This document shows positions 26,750 through 37,743 of a stretch of DNA of 64,000 nt, one piece after another. The first letter of the stretch is position 1, and each line of letters opens with the position of its first letter. This DNA comes from Bacteroidota bacterium (GTDB lineage Bacteria; Bacteroidota; Bacteroidia; Bacteroidales; UBA4417), in NCBI GenBank assembly GCA_022711175.1, contig JAKLFM010000003.1, positions 52,709-116,708 of the forward strand, read 5' to 3'. The notes under the pieces are model-generated. The model was not told the DNA's origin and ran no database searches. It saw nothing but the letters and a program-made list of their open reading frames with translations. Both the position numbers and the translations under genes were made by a program.

Positions 26750-27385
26750 ATGAAAAAACTTTTTACTCTTTTGGCCGTTATCGGGCTTGCCAACGTTTTG
26801 AAAGCTCAGGTTGCTGACGGCACTGCTGTTTTTAACCGCGTTGAACAACCGGCGGTTATCGCCGAATTTAATTACTCGCCGGCAGTTGTCGAAGCAGTAC
26901 TTATGGATGATATGAAATCCCGTGGCTTTGGCAAAGGCAGCGTTACCAAAGGTTACCACAAATTTGAAGGCATAATGTTTCCATACTTAAGCTCCGACAA
27001 AATTGATTTTTACTTTAAAGTGAGTGAAAAAAACAAGGAAAAGGGTAAGAGCATGGTGTCGGCGCTGGTAAGCAAAGGCGGTGAAATGTTTGTTTCAAGT
27101 GCTTATGACCCCGCCATCATGGATTCGACAAAGGCTTACCTGATGGGCTTTACAGAAGCATTTGATCAGAAAAAACTGGATTTTGATATCGAAGACCAGC
27201 GGCAGGTGTTAGCTAAAGCCGAAAAGAAATATGAAAACCTTGTGGGTGACGGCGAATCAATGGTGACCAAACTTAAGAACCTGGAGTCTGATATTGAGAA
27301 AAACAAACAGGAACAAGCGAAACAAAAAGATCTGCTCGATAAGGAAAAGCAGCTTCTGGAAACACTAAAAAGTCAGAAGAAGTAG
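26750..27385 (+). CDS. Hypothetical secreted protein with a C-terminal coiled coil
   Basis: 211 aa with signal peptide MKKLFTLLAVIGLANVLKAQ. The C-terminal ~70 aa are Lys/Glu/Leu heptad-like. No family was recognised. Confidence 0.55.
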   Translation: MKKLFTLLAVIGLANVLKAQVADGTAVFNRVEQPAVIAEFNYSPAVVEAVLMDDMKSRGFGKGSVTKGYHKFEGIMFPYLSSDKIDFYFKVSEKNKEKGKSMVSALVSKGGEMFVSSAYDPAIMDSTKAYLMGFTEAFDQKKLDFDIEDQRQVLAKAEKKYENLVGDGESMVTKLKNLESDIEKNKQEQAKQKDLLDKEKQLLETLKSQKK

Positions 27386-27462
27386 AAAAGTTCAAAGTTT
27401 TGTGTTCCAGGTTCTTATAGAGCCAATAAACGCTCTCAGCGGGAACTTTCAAGCTCTCAAAC

Positions 27463-28923
27463 TCATTTCGCTGCTTCCTCCAGCACCACCGAAACCTTTC
27501 CCTCAAAAGCCAGTGGTGCAAGCACATAACCTTTCGTCAGCACAGGCTGCTGCACTTCGAGTTTACTGAGTTTCCCATTGAGGAAAAAGCCTTCACCGAG
27601 GCTGTAATGGCTTATGTTTTCCTGCACAAGGTTGTAAGCGCTGCGGATGTCGGCGCCTATGGGATAAACCATCTTTTTCTGCATTATTTTTTCAATTCCA
27701 CCATTGTATAACCAGTTAGCCGTTTTGAGCAGGAAACTCTGCGTGTCGATATGAAAAGCCAGGCTTTGAAGTACAATGGCCGAGTCGGAAGCCCTGAATG
27801 CAGGTATTCCTTCGAAGTATAGTTTCCCTTTAATGCTGCCTGTTACCGCAGTTTCAATAATCATGTTTTCGTTGCTTCCATAAACAGTTATACCGGTGAT
27901 GGTTATGCTCTTCCTGCCAAAAGTGTAGGTTGTATTGAGCATCATAGCTTTCGAAACGGAGTCTATATAATCGAAAGGAGTATATGACATCAGGTTCACA
28001 ATGAAATTGTCTGTCAGCTTTTTATCGGGTGTGATGTTAGGAATCCGCGGATTTATTTTATAGGCGGGTTCCTTACCTGCATAACACTCAGCAATTCCCT
28101 GTATGGCTGATGTTTGCCTTACTATGCCGTTAATCACGGTGATGGGTGAAGCAAAAACAGCCTGTGGTGAGATTTTGAGCCACAGTTTGTATTCTTCATC
28201 AAGAAGCATTGGCTTTTGCACCTCCTCCCATGCCTGTTGCGCTGTTGTTTTCAGGTCGAGGCTCGATACCAGTCCCTCGTCAATGGCCTCGTTAATGGTT
28301 GCCATATTGTTTTTTATAATGAGGTCGGCAATAAAAGTGATGGGAAGGTTTACCGGCCCGATTTTTAACACAGGGCTGCTGAGCCATTCATACCCGTCGG
28401 AGACTGTTTGGGTTACCAGGGTCCAGTCTTTGTTGATGGCCACTGCTGTTTTGAATTTCAGGGCGATTTCGGCATTTACTTCACGATAATCCGACAGGCT
28501 GATACCGAATTTCTCGATTTTCCATCCAGCTTTTATCCAAAGTTTAAGCGGAACACGATAAACAAACTGACCTTTTTCGAATCCGAGTCTGATGTTCTCC
28601 TTTTTCCATGCCTTGATCGCAAGGTTATCATCGGCAAGTATGGAATCCTCGTAAATGATACCCGTTAGTTGTTTGTTCAGCAGGTTCTCAAGGCTTGCAA
28701 GCCGCATCTCCACGGGAATATTGATGAGCGACGGCTTTGCCTGCGGTATTGAATCGTGGTACGATTCGGCCGGTCCGACCGGCAAGGTGGTGCGGCACGA
28801 TGCCAGAAATCCAAAGGCTAAAAGGCAAAAAACGTATTGTGTTATGCGCTTTAATAAAGATTTTCTGTTACTTCTGAACATTTTATTTTGGTTTAGAAGG
28901 TGTTTTGAGGAAGAATGAAGCAT
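27463..28923 (-). CDS. Hypothetical lipoprotein (possibly DUF4403-like; not verifiable here)
   Basis: 486-aa ORF with a lipobox (FLASC) after a hydrophobic segment. The true start may be the ATG at 28881 (MFRSNRK). The size and composition are my only basis for the DUF4403 guess. Confidence 0.5.
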   Translation of the reverse strand: MLHSSSKHLLNQNKMFRSNRKSLLKRITQYVFCLLAFGFLASCRTTLPVGPAESYHDSIPQAKPSLINIPVEMRLASLENLLNKQLTGIIYEDSILADDNLAIKAWKKENIRLGFEKGQFVYRVPLKLWIKAGWKIEKFGISLSDYREVNAEIALKFKTAVAINKDWTLVTQTVSDGYEWLSSPVLKIGPVNLPITFIADLIIKNNMATINEAIDEGLVSSLDLKTTAQQAWEEVQKPMLLDEEYKLWLKISPQAVFASPITVINGIVRQTSAIQGIAECYAGKEPAYKINPRIPNITPDKKLTDNFIVNLMSYTPFDYIDSVSKAMMLNTTYTFGRKSITITGITVYGSNENMIIETAVTGSIKGKLYFEGIPAFRASDSAIVLQSLAFHIDTQSFLLKTANWLYNGGIEKIMQKKMVYPIGADIRSAYNLVQENISHYSLGEGFFLNGKLSKLEVQQPVLTKGYVLAPLAFEGKVSVVLEEAAK

Positions 28924-28957
28924 TCTTTTTACGTTCGCCTGATAACTGGTGCTGTTG

Positions 28958-30304
28958 TCAAAAACGGATAAGCTTATGTATCTTCTTGTTTTTCAGGTGG
29001 CTGCGAATGATTTGCTGGGTGTCGCGGTTATCGGTATAAGGCCTGATACATTCACGGATAGAGGTTAAATCGTTTCCGGCATATTCCGGATCGAACCAGC
29101 CGAAACCTATATAACGCCCGTTTTCGACCAGTATTGCTGATTTTTCGTCGTCGCTGCGTCCACGATCAATGATGAGCATGTTTTCACCGGGCAGTTTCAT
29201 TGAGCCAAGGGCCGCTGCCACACGAAGGTTGTATTCGTTGGGAGCTTCTTCGCCAATACAGGCGCCTTTACATTGCCCTACAGAGTAATGAAAACAGCTC
29301 CCCTGGTTGTGATAGAGTCCGCATAGTTTCTGGCAAAGAGAATAACGGCGGCAAAGGTTTGACATAAATGCTGATGCCTCTTCGTACGACGTGAAAACAT
29401 AATGAGGTTCGCCTGATGAGGTGAGCTTGCCTATTTGCAGGTTTTTATAGCCACCCTGGCTGGTGAATGATTGAATTCCATATTTGTATAATGTGCGTCG
29501 CTGTGCCCTGTTAAAAGGCGGCATATGGCTTTTTATCTCATCCGATTCGAGCAATAAAGCGATAAGTTCGCTCCCTGTTTCCTCGTATGAGATTGAAGCA
29601 ATGCCGGCACGTAGTTCAAGAGCTCTGGAACCATTGGTATTACTGATGTGCGACAGTATCCTAGCCCGCAAATCGCGGCTCTTGCCGATGTACAAAATGC
29701 TGCCTTTTTCATCATGAAAGTAGTAAACACCGGCTGTTGACGGCAGGGAGGAAAATATGTCCTTGTTGAGCGCCGGATGCAGTCCGTCGAGCGGCACACC
29801 ATGGAGTGAAGGATCGATATTCAGGAGCCGCCGTAATACCTCAACAGTAGCCCTGGCATCGCCGGCAGCTCGGTGGCGGTCTTCAATCTGAATGCCAAGA
29901 CTGTTGCATAGATTGCCAAGGCTGTACGACCTGAAGCCGGGCATTAGCTTTCGTGCCAGCTTCACGGTGCAGAGCACCGGACGCTTGTAATTATAGCCCA
30001 GCTGCTTAAATTCATGCTTCACAAAACCGTAGTCGAACAAAACGTTATGGCCTACAAATATGCAGTCTTCGGTAGCCTCAATAATGTTTCGGGCAACTTC
30101 GTAAAACTTGGGAGCGTCTTTCACCGTTTCGTCCGAAATACCGGTAAGCCTTGTGATGAAAGGGGGAATTGCCTTTTCGGGATTGATGAGTGTAACGTAC
30201 TCGCCGGTGATCTTTTCACCATCGAAAAGGAAGATAGCTATTTCGGTGATTTTTTCATGAAGGGCACTACCCCCTGTGGTTTCGATGTCAATTACAGCGT
30301 ACAA
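28958..30304 (-). CDS. DnaQ-like 3'-5' exonuclease fused to a GIY-YIG (UvrC/Cho-like) nuclease domain
   Basis: The Exo I motif is MYAVIDIETTGG. Exo II/III contexts are FVGHNVLFDYGF and HRAAGDARAT. The GIY-YIG segment is GVYYFHDEKGSILYIGKSRDLRARILSH, and a UvrC-like Cys cluster CFHYSVGQCKGAC follows. Confidence 0.8.
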   Translation of the reverse strand: MYAVIDIETTGGSALHEKITEIAIFLFDGEKITGEYVTLINPEKAIPPFITRLTGISDETVKDAPKFYEVARNIIEATEDCIFVGHNVLFDYGFVKHEFKQLGYNYKRPVLCTVKLARKLMPGFRSYSLGNLCNSLGIQIEDRHRAAGDARATVEVLRRLLNIDPSLHGVPLDGLHPALNKDIFSSLPSTAGVYYFHDEKGSILYIGKSRDLRARILSHISNTNGSRALELRAGIASISYEETGSELIALLLESDEIKSHMPPFNRAQRRTLYKYGIQSFTSQGGYKNLQIGKLTSSGEPHYVFTSYEEASAFMSNLCRRYSLCQKLCGLYHNQGSCFHYSVGQCKGACIGEEAPNEYNLRVAAALGSMKLPGENMLIIDRGRSDDEKSAILVENGRYIGFGWFDPEYAGNDLTSIRECIRPYTDNRDTQQIIRSHLKNKKIHKLIRF

Positions 30305-30359
30305 GTGGCGTATAGGTGAGGGTTAAGTGAGGTTGGTGAGATAACCGCCCTGCAGAGGC

Positions 30360-31259
30360 TTATTTTAGTTCGAAGCTGCCCTGGCCTATGGCATAGTCAT
30401 CGGTAAATACATCCACCATATAACGCCCTTTTGGCAGCTCGCCCATGCTGGAGGGCTTCTCAAAATAGGTACAGATGTCCATGGCTTCGCCGCTGTAACT
30501 TACTGATTCCATGGCCGAGAACTGAAGTGTTTCGCCCTGGTAGCTCCAGGTGTAATTAGCGCCACGCGTAAGAATGGCATTGTCGCCCGGGCGTGCAATG
30601 CGCACAAAGAAACGGCGATACGAAGTTGGCACAAGCTGGTTCTCGCTTACCGTAAAGCAAACTTTTATCTTATCGGCGCGGGCAGCTTTGTCAGTTATTT
30701 TTTCCTTGCTGATGTCGCCGGCTTTGTATGCGGTGCATCGCACATTGTATGCCTTGAGGACGGCAGCACTATTGATTTTTTTATTCAATTCTTCCTTTTC
30801 TTTCGACAAGTCGGCGGTTTTAACCTGTTCGTGCTGATAGCTTATTTTTATTTGCTCGTTTTCGGCTTTCAGTTCACGGTTTACGGTATAGAGCGAGTCG
30901 ATTTGTTTTTCGTAGCCGCGGGTAACAAGCCGCAATTGCTCAAGTTTGTTCTTTACCTGTGCAAGCTCGTATTTCGTCCCGAGTAGCTTTTTTATTTCAA
31001 GCGATTTAGCCATGATGATGCTATCCTTCTCCGAAAGCGAATCGCTCAGGGTTCCATAGGTAGCCTTCACCCGTTCGTGTTCGGCTACCAGCGAATCGAG
31101 TTCACCCTGCAGGGCAATTTTCTGTTCATCACCGGTTTGTGTTAATGATGTCAGCTGTTTTCTTTGGTTCAATAAAAGAAAACCCAAAACCAGAATAATG
31201 GCTCCCATTACTCCGATGGTAATCTTATAACCGATGTTGCCTGATGATGTTTCGCTCAT
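30360..31259 (-). CDS. Hypothetical membrane-anchored coiled-coil protein
   Basis: 299 aa with one N-terminal TM helix (ITIGVMGAIILVLGFLLL), about 140 aa of coiled coil, then a globular C-domain. No family was recognised. Confidence 0.5.
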   Translation of the reverse strand: MSETSSGNIGYKITIGVMGAIILVLGFLLLNQRKQLTSLTQTGDEQKIALQGELDSLVAEHERVKATYGTLSDSLSEKDSIIMAKSLEIKKLLGTKYELAQVKNKLEQLRLVTRGYEKQIDSLYTVNRELKAENEQIKISYQHEQVKTADLSKEKEELNKKINSAAVLKAYNVRCTAYKAGDISKEKITDKAARADKIKVCFTVSENQLVPTSYRRFFVRIARPGDNAILTRGANYTWSYQGETLQFSAMESVSYSGEAMDICTYFEKPSSMGELPKGRYMVDVFTDDYAIGQGSFELK

Positions 31260-31432
31260 GATCGTCTGAATTAAAACTGAAATTACACAAAAATAAGAAA
31301 ATATTCAGGGTTTGGCGAAAAAGCAACTGACCGACCTTTATTAACTGTAAGGTGGTAGGATTGTTGTCCTTTCACTTTACCTGCAGCATTTCGGATTTGT
31401 CCAATTAATTTCTTGATAATGAGAGTTTATGG

Positions 31433-32113
31433 TCATGTTTGTTTATTTAACCTTTTCAGGTACACCTCCGCCAAATCAATATCACCCGGTAAAGTGATTT
31501 TGATGTTCGATGATTCCCCGTCAACCAGGTGCACCTGCTGAGAGAGTGCCTCTACCACTGAGGCATCGTCGGTAAATGTTTGCCGGTATAGCTGCTGATA
31601 TGCCCTGAGCAGCAATGATATATCAAATACTTCAGGGGTTTGGGTAATGCGCAGTGTGGTGCGGTCAAGCAGTTTTACAATGCCGTTTTCAATACTACGG
31701 ACGGTTTCGTTTACCGAAATGCAGGGAATGGCCGTGTTATTTACTGACGCTTCCGCAAAAGTCCGTTTCACCAGGTCAATCGAAGCCAATGGCCTTGCTG
31801 CATCGTGCACAGCTACCAGTCCGCTTCCCGAAACCAGAGCCAGCGCATTTTTCACCGAATGAAACCGGGTTTCGCCCCCCGGAACCAGTTGGTGTGGAAT
31901 TGTGAAATGTGATTCGGCGCATAATTCCGTCCACATTCCGGTGTAAACCGGATGCATGGCAACGATAATGATTATCTGCGGGTCGTAGCTGTAAAATGTT
32001 TCGATGGAATGCATTAAAAGCGGCTTGCCATCGAGCATCAGAAACTGTTTAGGGATGTCGCTTCCCAGCCTGCTGCCGGTTCCTCCGGCGACTATGACAG
32101 CGAATTTCTTCAT
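31433..32113 (-). CDS. ispD: 2-C-methyl-D-erythritol 4-phosphate cytidylyltransferase
   Basis: 226 aa with the N-terminal AVIVAGGTGSRLGSDIPKQF nucleotidyltransferase motif, plus VHDAARP and ITLPGD contexts. Confidence 0.85.
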   Translation of the reverse strand: MKKFAVIVAGGTGSRLGSDIPKQFLMLDGKPLLMHSIETFYSYDPQIIIIVAMHPVYTGMWTELCAESHFTIPHQLVPGGETRFHSVKNALALVSGSGLVAVHDAARPLASIDLVKRTFAEASVNNTAIPCISVNETVRSIENGIVKLLDRTTLRITQTPEVFDISLLLRAYQQLYRQTFTDDASVVEALSQQVHLVDGESSNIKITLPGDIDLAEVYLKRLNKQT

Positions 32114-32115
32114 GA

Positions 32116-33309
32116 TTATTTGATTTGAATGGCAAGTCCACCTTCCGAAGTTTCCTTGTAAATATCAGGCAGGTCGTGTCCTGTTTGTTTCATGGCCAAT
32201 AAGGTTTTGTCGAAACTCACACGGTGCTGCCCATCGGAAAGAATTGCATAGGCTGAAGCATCCATAGCCCTGCCGGCACCAATGGCGTTGCGTTCGATAC
32301 AGGGTATCTGCACCAAACCGGCCACCGGATCGCAGGTAAGCCCGAGGTGATGTTCCAGTCCCATTTCGGCGGCGTATTCCACCTGTGAAGGGGTTCCGCC
32401 AAACAACTGGGCGGCAGCGCCGGCAGCCATGGAACATGCCGTCCCGACCTCGCCCTGGCATCCTACCTGGGCGCCTGATATGGAAGCATTTTCCTTTACC
32501 AGGTTCCCGATAAGGCCTGCCGTAGCAAGCGCACGCAAAATCCTTGCATCGGAATAGGAATAGGTGTTTTGAATGTGATATAAAACCGCGGGCACCACAC
32601 CGCACGACCCGCAGGTGGGCGCTGTGACAATCATGCCGCCCCCGGCATTCTCTTCCGAAACGGCAAGAGCATATGCAAACACCAATGCCCTGCGTTGCAG
32701 CGAACCGGCGGTGCTTTTGGCTTTGATGTAATATGAAGATGCTTTGCGAGGCAGGTGCAGAATCCCCGGCAATACTCCTTCGTGCTCAATGCCCCGGGCA
32801 ATGGATTCTTTCATGGTTTTCCAGGTTTCGGCAAGGAATTCCCATATCTGTTCGCCTTCGTGTATCTCAACATATTCCCATAGTGTGCGGCCGTTTTGCT
32901 GGCACCATTTGAGGATATCGGTCATTTTGGAATGAGGATAAACCGCAACTTTCTGGTTTTTGGTCACATCGTCTTCAATATCTCCGCCACCAACGCTAAA
33001 AACCGTCCAGTCGTCAAGTCGATTTCCGTTATCGTCAAAGGCTTCGAATTTCATTCCGTTGGGGTGTTGAGGAAGAACCGTATCCTTTTCCCAGGAAATT
33101 TTTACCTTGTCTTCGGGGAAAGATTCGCGCAATACTTTATCGGTAAGATGTCCTTTGCCGGTAGCAGCAAGGCTTCCGTAAAGTGTGATATGTATGTGCG
33201 TGGCAGCGTCGTTTTTTGCCCTGAACTTCTCGGCTGCAAAGCGTGGCCCCATGGTGTGGCTGCTCGATGGGCCAAGACCAGTTTTATATATTTTTCGGAT
33301 GGTTTCCAT
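32116..33309 (-). CDS. sdaA: L-serine ammonia-lyase (iron-sulfur dependent, single-chain)
   Basis: 397 aa with the N-terminal GLGPSSSHTMGP motif and TAPTCGSCGVVPA and CDPVAGLVQIPCIERN cysteine contexts. The stop is 2 nt from the ispD start. Confidence 0.85.
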   Translation of the reverse strand: METIRKIYKTGLGPSSSHTMGPRFAAEKFRAKNDAATHIHITLYGSLAATGKGHLTDKVLRESFPEDKVKISWEKDTVLPQHPNGMKFEAFDDNGNRLDDWTVFSVGGGDIEDDVTKNQKVAVYPHSKMTDILKWCQQNGRTLWEYVEIHEGEQIWEFLAETWKTMKESIARGIEHEGVLPGILHLPRKASSYYIKAKSTAGSLQRRALVFAYALAVSEENAGGGMIVTAPTCGSCGVVPAVLYHIQNTYSYSDARILRALATAGLIGNLVKENASISGAQVGCQGEVGTACSMAAGAAAQLFGGTPSQVEYAAEMGLEHHLGLTCDPVAGLVQIPCIERNAIGAGRAMDASAYAILSDGQHRVSFDKTLLAMKQTGHDLPDIYKETSEGGLAIQIK

Positions 33310-33426
33310 AATTTCTGTTCTAAAACAGTATAATAAACCAGTATTCTCTGAGAGTTAAAGAACCATCATGCAGAAAAAAAAGCTCCAATTATGGAGCTAA
33401 ATTATAGTTTTTCGGTGTACTGACTA

Positions 33427-34482
33427 TTATAATATCAGCATCGCATCTCCATAGCTGAAAAACCTGTATTTCTGCTGAACAGCTTCCTTGTAGGCTTTCA
33501 TCAGGAAATCATACCCGGCATAAGCAGCCACCATCATCATCATGGGTGATTGGGGAAGGTGGAAATTGGTGACAAGGCTGTCGGCTATGCTGAAATCGTA
33601 GGGCGGAAAGATGAATTTGTTACTCCATCCGCGGAAAGGCTTCAGTAAGCCCGAAATAGTAACCGATGATTCAACGGCTTTCATCGTGGTTGTGCCAACA
33701 ACGCAAACGTTTTTTCTTGCCTCTTTGGCTATGTTAACCACCCTTGCCGTTTCGTCTTCAATAATCACCTCTTCGGAGTCCATCTTGTATTTGGTAAGGT
33801 CTTCCACATCAATGGCACGGAAATTCCCTAACCCGGCATGCAGTGTAACTTCGGCAAACGAAACACCCTGCAATTCAAGGCGTTTCATCAGTTCACGGCT
33901 GAAATGCAGTCCTGCCGATGGTGCAGCAACGGCTCCTTCGTTTTTCGCATAAATGGTTTGATAACGCTCCTTGTCTTCGGGTTCAATTTCGCGTATCCGC
34001 TGCAATTCTTCAGGAATGGGTGTTTTACCCAGCGATTCGATGGTGCGCTTGAATTCATCGTACGACCCGTCGAAAAGAAAACGCAGTGTACGCCCCCGCG
34101 AAGTTGTGTTATCAATTACTTCGGCAACCAGCGAATCGTCATCACCAAAGTATAATTTGTTGCCGATACGTATTTTACGGGCAGGATCAACCAACACATC
34201 CCACAACCGGGCTTCACTATTGAGTTCTCGCAGGAGGAATACTGTGATTTTTGCCCCTGTTTTCTCTTTCTCGCCGGTAAGGAGAGCCGGAAATACCTTT
34301 GTATTATTGAGAATGAACACATCGCCGTCTTTGTAATACCCCAGGATATCGGTAAACATTTTGTGTTCAATCGTCTTTGTTTTACGGTCAATGACCATCA
34401 AACGCGATTCATCCCGGTTTTCGAGCGGCCTTTCGGCAATCAGATCACTCGGTAAATGGTATCGGAACTGCGAGAGTTTCAT
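33427..34482 (-). CDS. queA: S-adenosylmethionine:tRNA ribosyltransferase-isomerase
   Basis: 351 aa. [50 protein letters not shown] and [10 protein letters not shown] are typical QueA segments. Confidence 0.9.
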   Translation of the reverse strand: MKLSQFRYHLPSDLIAERPLENRDESRLMVIDRKTKTIEHKMFTDILGYYKDGDVFILNNTKVFPALLTGEKEKTGAKITVFLLRELNSEARLWDVLVDPARKIRIGNKLYFGDDDSLVAEVIDNTTSRGRTLRFLFDGSYDEFKRTIESLGKTPIPEELQRIREIEPEDKERYQTIYAKNEGAVAAPSAGLHFSRELMKRLELQGVSFAEVTLHAGLGNFRAIDVEDLTKYKMDSEEVIIEDETARVVNIAKEARKNVCVVGTTTMKAVESSVTISGLLKPFRGWSNKFIFPPYDFSIADSLVTNFHLPQSPMMMMVAAYAGYDFLMKAYKEAVQQKYRFFSYGDAMLIL

Positions 34483-34514
34483 ATAGAGTTTAAATTATTT
34501 TTAAAAAAGGTGTG

Positions 34515-34522
34515 CAAAGGTA
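34515..34522 (-). promoter_or_regulatory. Bacteroidota-type -7 promoter element for queA
   Basis: Plus-strand caaaggta is tacctttg on the minus strand and matches TAnnTTTG, 33 nt upstream of the ATG at 34482. Confidence 0.45.
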
Positions 34523-34730
34523 ATGAATTTTAAGCTGAAAATCAAGTGTTTTCATCATCTGACTTCGTTCATTTTAACGATTTTTAAGAAGTTGCACCAT
34601 CTTCGTTTCAATAAATCAAAGAACCTTACTGATATGTTTGCTGATAAAAATCTCCGTATTTCACTGATAATTAGAACACATCTCAGCAGTTGCTCATGCA
34701 AGTCGGTTCTCCGACTCCATTGCTTTTTCT

Positions 34731-34738
34731 TATCTTTG
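34731..34738 (+). promoter_or_regulatory. Bacteroidota-type -7 promoter element for aspS
   Basis: tatctttg matches TAnnTTTG, 23 nt upstream of the ATG at 34761. Confidence 0.5.
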
Positions 34739-34760
34739 CCCACTCATAAATATTGCTTAT

Positions 34761-36506
34761 ATGCTTCGTACACATACCTGTGGAGAATTGTCCAGTGCTT
34801 TTATAGGCCACACAGTAACCTTAACCGGATGGGTTCAGCGTTCGCGCGACCTTGGCGGGATGACTTTCATCGACCTGCGCGACCGTTATGGCATCACCCA
34901 ACTGGTTTTTAATATGGAAACCCATTCGGCCTTGTGCGAACAGGCGCGTAAACTGGGGCGTGAGTATGTTATCGAAGCAACAGGATTGGTAGCCGAAAGG
35001 AGTAGTAAAAATCCGAAAATGGCAACTGGCGATATCGAGATCATTGTTGAAAAACTCGAAGTGCTCAACGAATCCAAAACGCCGCCATTTACCATTGAGG
35101 ACAATACCGACGGCGGCGATGAACTGCGTATGAAGTACCGCTATCTCGATTTGAGGCGCCCTGCCGTGAAACGCAACATGGAACTGCGCCACCGTATGGC
35201 ATTTCAAACTCGCAACTACATGGACAGCATCAACTTCATTGAAGTTGAAACGCCGGTTCTCATAAAGTCAACACCCGAAGGCGCCCGCGATTACGTTGTG
35301 CCTTCGCGCGTGAATCCGGGCGAATTTTACGCTCTCCCGCAGTCGCCGCAAACTTTTAAACAACTGCTCATGGTAGCAGGTTACGACCGCTATTTTCAGA
35401 TCGTGAAATGCTTCCGCGACGAAGACCTGCGTGCCGACCGCCAGCCGGAATTCACGCAGATTGACTGCGAAATGTCGTTTGTAACGCAGGAAGACATTTT
35501 TAACACTTTCGAAGGCCTTGTGAGGCATTTGTTCCGAACAGTTAAAAATATTGAAATAGACCATCTTCCGCGCATGACATGGGCTGATGCCATGAAAAAT
35601 TATGGCAGCGATAAACCCGATATCCGTTTCGGGATGACATTTGTTGAACTCACCCAACTGGTCAAGGGAAAAGATTTCAAGGTTTTTGATGATGCGGAAC
35701 TCGTTGTCGGGATAAATGCTGCCGGTTGTGCCGAATATACCCGTAAGCAACTCGATGAGCTGACCGATTTTGTGAAAAAACCGCAAATTGGCGCCGGCGG
35801 GCTTATTTATGTGCGCTGTGCCGCCGATGGTTCGTTAAAATCGTCCGTTGATAAATTCTACTCTCCACAGGAACTGCAGAAATGGGCAGACGCCTTTGGC
35901 GCCAGGCCCGGCGACCTTATGCTGATACTGGCCGGCAAAGCCAATAAAACCCTTAAAGCACTCAGTGAATTGCGACTCGAAATGGGCACACGCCTCGGTT
36001 TTCGCAATCCCACCACCTTTGCCCCCCTTTGGGTTTACGATTTTCCGCTGCTTGAGTGGGACGAAGAAACACAGCGCTTTTATGCCATGCATCACCCTTT
36101 TACATCGCCCAAACCCGAAGACGTTCCCCTGCTTGATACCGACCCGGGAGCTGTACGTGCCAATGCTTACGATATGGTTATAAACGGCGTGGAAGTGGGC
36201 GGGGGCTCAATACGTATATACAACAAACCTATGCAGCATAAAATGTTGCAGTTGCTCGGGTTCAGTGAAGAAGATGCCCTGGCCCAGTTTGGCTTCCTGA
36301 TGAATGCTTTTGAGTATGGCGCTCCCCCGCATGGCGGAATTGCTTTTGGTTTCGACCGTCTTTGTTCACTCTTTGGCGGCAGCGAATCCATCCGCGACTA
36401 CATTGCCTTCCCCAAGAACAACAATGCCCGTGATGTTATGATTGATTCACCGGCACGTATTTCGGAGGAACAATTAAAGGAACTGAGTTTGAGGGTATCT
36501 ATCTGA
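34761..36506 (+). CDS. aspS: Aspartate--tRNA ligase
   Basis: 581 aa. The segments [50 protein letters not shown] and GGGSIRI...[12 protein letters not shown] correspond to class II motifs 1-3. Confidence 0.95.
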   Translation: MLRTHTCGELSSAFIGHTVTLTGWVQRSRDLGGMTFIDLRDRYGITQLVFNMETHSALCEQARKLGREYVIEATGLVAERSSKNPKMATGDIEIIVEKLEVLNESKTPPFTIEDNTDGGDELRMKYRYLDLRRPAVKRNMELRHRMAFQTRNYMDSINFIEVETPVLIKSTPEGARDYVVPSRVNPGEFYALPQSPQTFKQLLMVAGYDRYFQIVKCFRDEDLRADRQPEFTQIDCEMSFVTQEDIFNTFEGLVRHLFRTVKNIEIDHLPRMTWADAMKNYGSDKPDIRFGMTFVELTQLVKGKDFKVFDDAELVVGINAAGCAEYTRKQLDELTDFVKKPQIGAGGLIYVRCAADGSLKSSVDKFYSPQELQKWADAFGARPGDLMLILAGKANKTLKALSELRLEMGTRLGFRNPTTFAPLWVYDFPLLEWDEETQRFYAMHHPFTSPKPEDVPLLDTDPGAVRANAYDMVINGVEVGGGSIRIYNKPMQHKMLQLLGFSEEDALAQFGFLMNAFEYGAPPHGGIAFGFDRLCSLFGGSESIRDYIAFPKNNNARDVMIDSPARISEEQLKELSLRVSI

Positions 36507-36571
36507 GAGAGTCGCTGGTTATTTCTCAATACATTTAATATCTTTTATGAGAGTTTTAACCTGTTTCTGCT

Positions 36572-37267
36572 ATGAAAGGTAGATTTCTGATTACTATTCT
36601 GTTATTCGTTTCATTATCAGGCTTTAATCAAAATCTGCAACTTCATTACGATCTTGGAAAAGCCCGTAACGGCACGGACCGCGATCGTGGCTTTTTCACT
36701 TCAACGGTTGAAATGTTCCGCACCGATGGGTATGGAAGTACTTTTTTCTTTATCGACCTTGACTATAACGGCGATAAAGGTATTTCGCGCGGTTACATGG
36801 AAATGGCGCGAAACATTGGTTATGGCAAATTCCCGTTGCAGGCCAGAGTTGAGTACAATGGTGGATTATTGCTCAGCGATACTGCCAAAGGCGCTTCAAT
36901 TCCCAATGCCTGGCTTTTTGGTGTTAATTATCCGGTAAAAATCGGTGCCGCTTCGCTGGGTACATATTTGGTTTACAAACACATAGCGCATAATATAAAC
37001 GGGCCCGATTTCCAATGGACCATCAACTGGAATTATCCTATCCTGAAAGGAAAATTCACTTTCAATGGCTTTTTTGATATTTGGAGTACCGATAAAACCG
37101 GCAATGGTAAAAAGTTGGTGATACTCAGCGAACCACAGCTGTGGTACAATATAAAGCCCTATATATCAATAGGTTCGGAAGTTGAAGTGAGCCGGAATTT
37201 TTATTTCTGGATGTCGGGACTTCGGGCCTTTCCCACAGTAGCATTAAAAGCTACGTTCAGGAAATAG
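36572..37267 (+). CDS. Outer-membrane beta-barrel protein, Tsx-like (DUF5020-like)
   Basis: 231 aa with a signal peptide. The mature N-terminus (QNLQLHYDLGK) and aromatic-rich alternating strands resemble DUF5020/Tsx-like proteins from memory. Confidence 0.55.
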   Translation: MKGRFLITILLFVSLSGFNQNLQLHYDLGKARNGTDRDRGFFTSTVEMFRTDGYGSTFFFIDLDYNGDKGISRGYMEMARNIGYGKFPLQARVEYNGGLLLSDTAKGASIPNAWLFGVNYPVKIGAASLGTYLVYKHIAHNINGPDFQWTINWNYPILKGKFTFNGFFDIWSTDKTGNGKKLVILSEPQLWYNIKPYISIGSEVEVSRNFYFWMSGLRAFPTVALKATFRK

Positions 37268-37279
37268 AATCAATACCAG

Positions 37280-37654
37280 CTACACCGGATTTTCAAATTC
37301 CATAAGTTCGATGGGAGCGCCGTTAGAAACGATCATGGCGACTTTTAGTCCGGGTGATGGTGAGTTTACTTCGCCCAACAGTTCTTTCCCGATGAGCGCC
37401 TGAATGAGGTCATCAACCACGAAGGCTACATGAGGAACTTTTTTCACGAGGTCGTGTATCTTACATTCAGGAGTAAACCGCATAAACTCAATGCCATACG
37501 GACTTTTGGTAAACCCGGACACATAAATGCCGAGATGCGGAATATACTCTTCGCCCGGAAAAGGTTCGGCCATCGGCACACCTATGTGATGGTATTTCCA
37601 GCCCCAATCTGCCGTAGCAAGCGGAAGATCATTGTTGTTTCTCGAATATTCCAT
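37280..37654 (-). CDS. VOC (glyoxalase/bleomycin-resistance fold) family protein
   Basis: 124 aa. The call rests on size and beta-alpha-beta-beta-beta-like segments (HHIGVP...HVAFVVDDL...IELMEF). Its position next to a carboxyltransferase would fit an epimerase-like role, but that is only a guess. Confidence 0.45.
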   Translation of the reverse strand: MEYSRNNNDLPLATADWGWKYHHIGVPMAEPFPGEEYIPHLGIYVSGFTKSPYGIEFMRFTPECKIHDLVKKVPHVAFVVDDLIQALIGKELLGEVNSPSPGLKVAMIVSNGAPIELMEFENPV

Positions 37655-37743
37655 GAATAAGCCTTGTAAATTTTTTGCAGCAGTGGACTGCTTTATTTAG
37701 CGAAAGAAATTCGCCGGAGGCTTGAATCCTAATCAGACAAACT

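Noticed and set aside
34523-34912. 129-aa plus-strand ORF spanning the queA-aspS intergenic region and the aspS start.
   Set aside because: It overlaps both divergent promoter boxes and runs out of frame into aspS. Its composition is low-complexity and nothing supports it.
35268-35786. 172-aa minus-strand ORF inside aspS, and the 192-aa minus-strand ORF at 42406-42984 inside the S46 gene.
   Set aside because: They are antisense to strongly supported conserved genes, and no motifs are recognisable.
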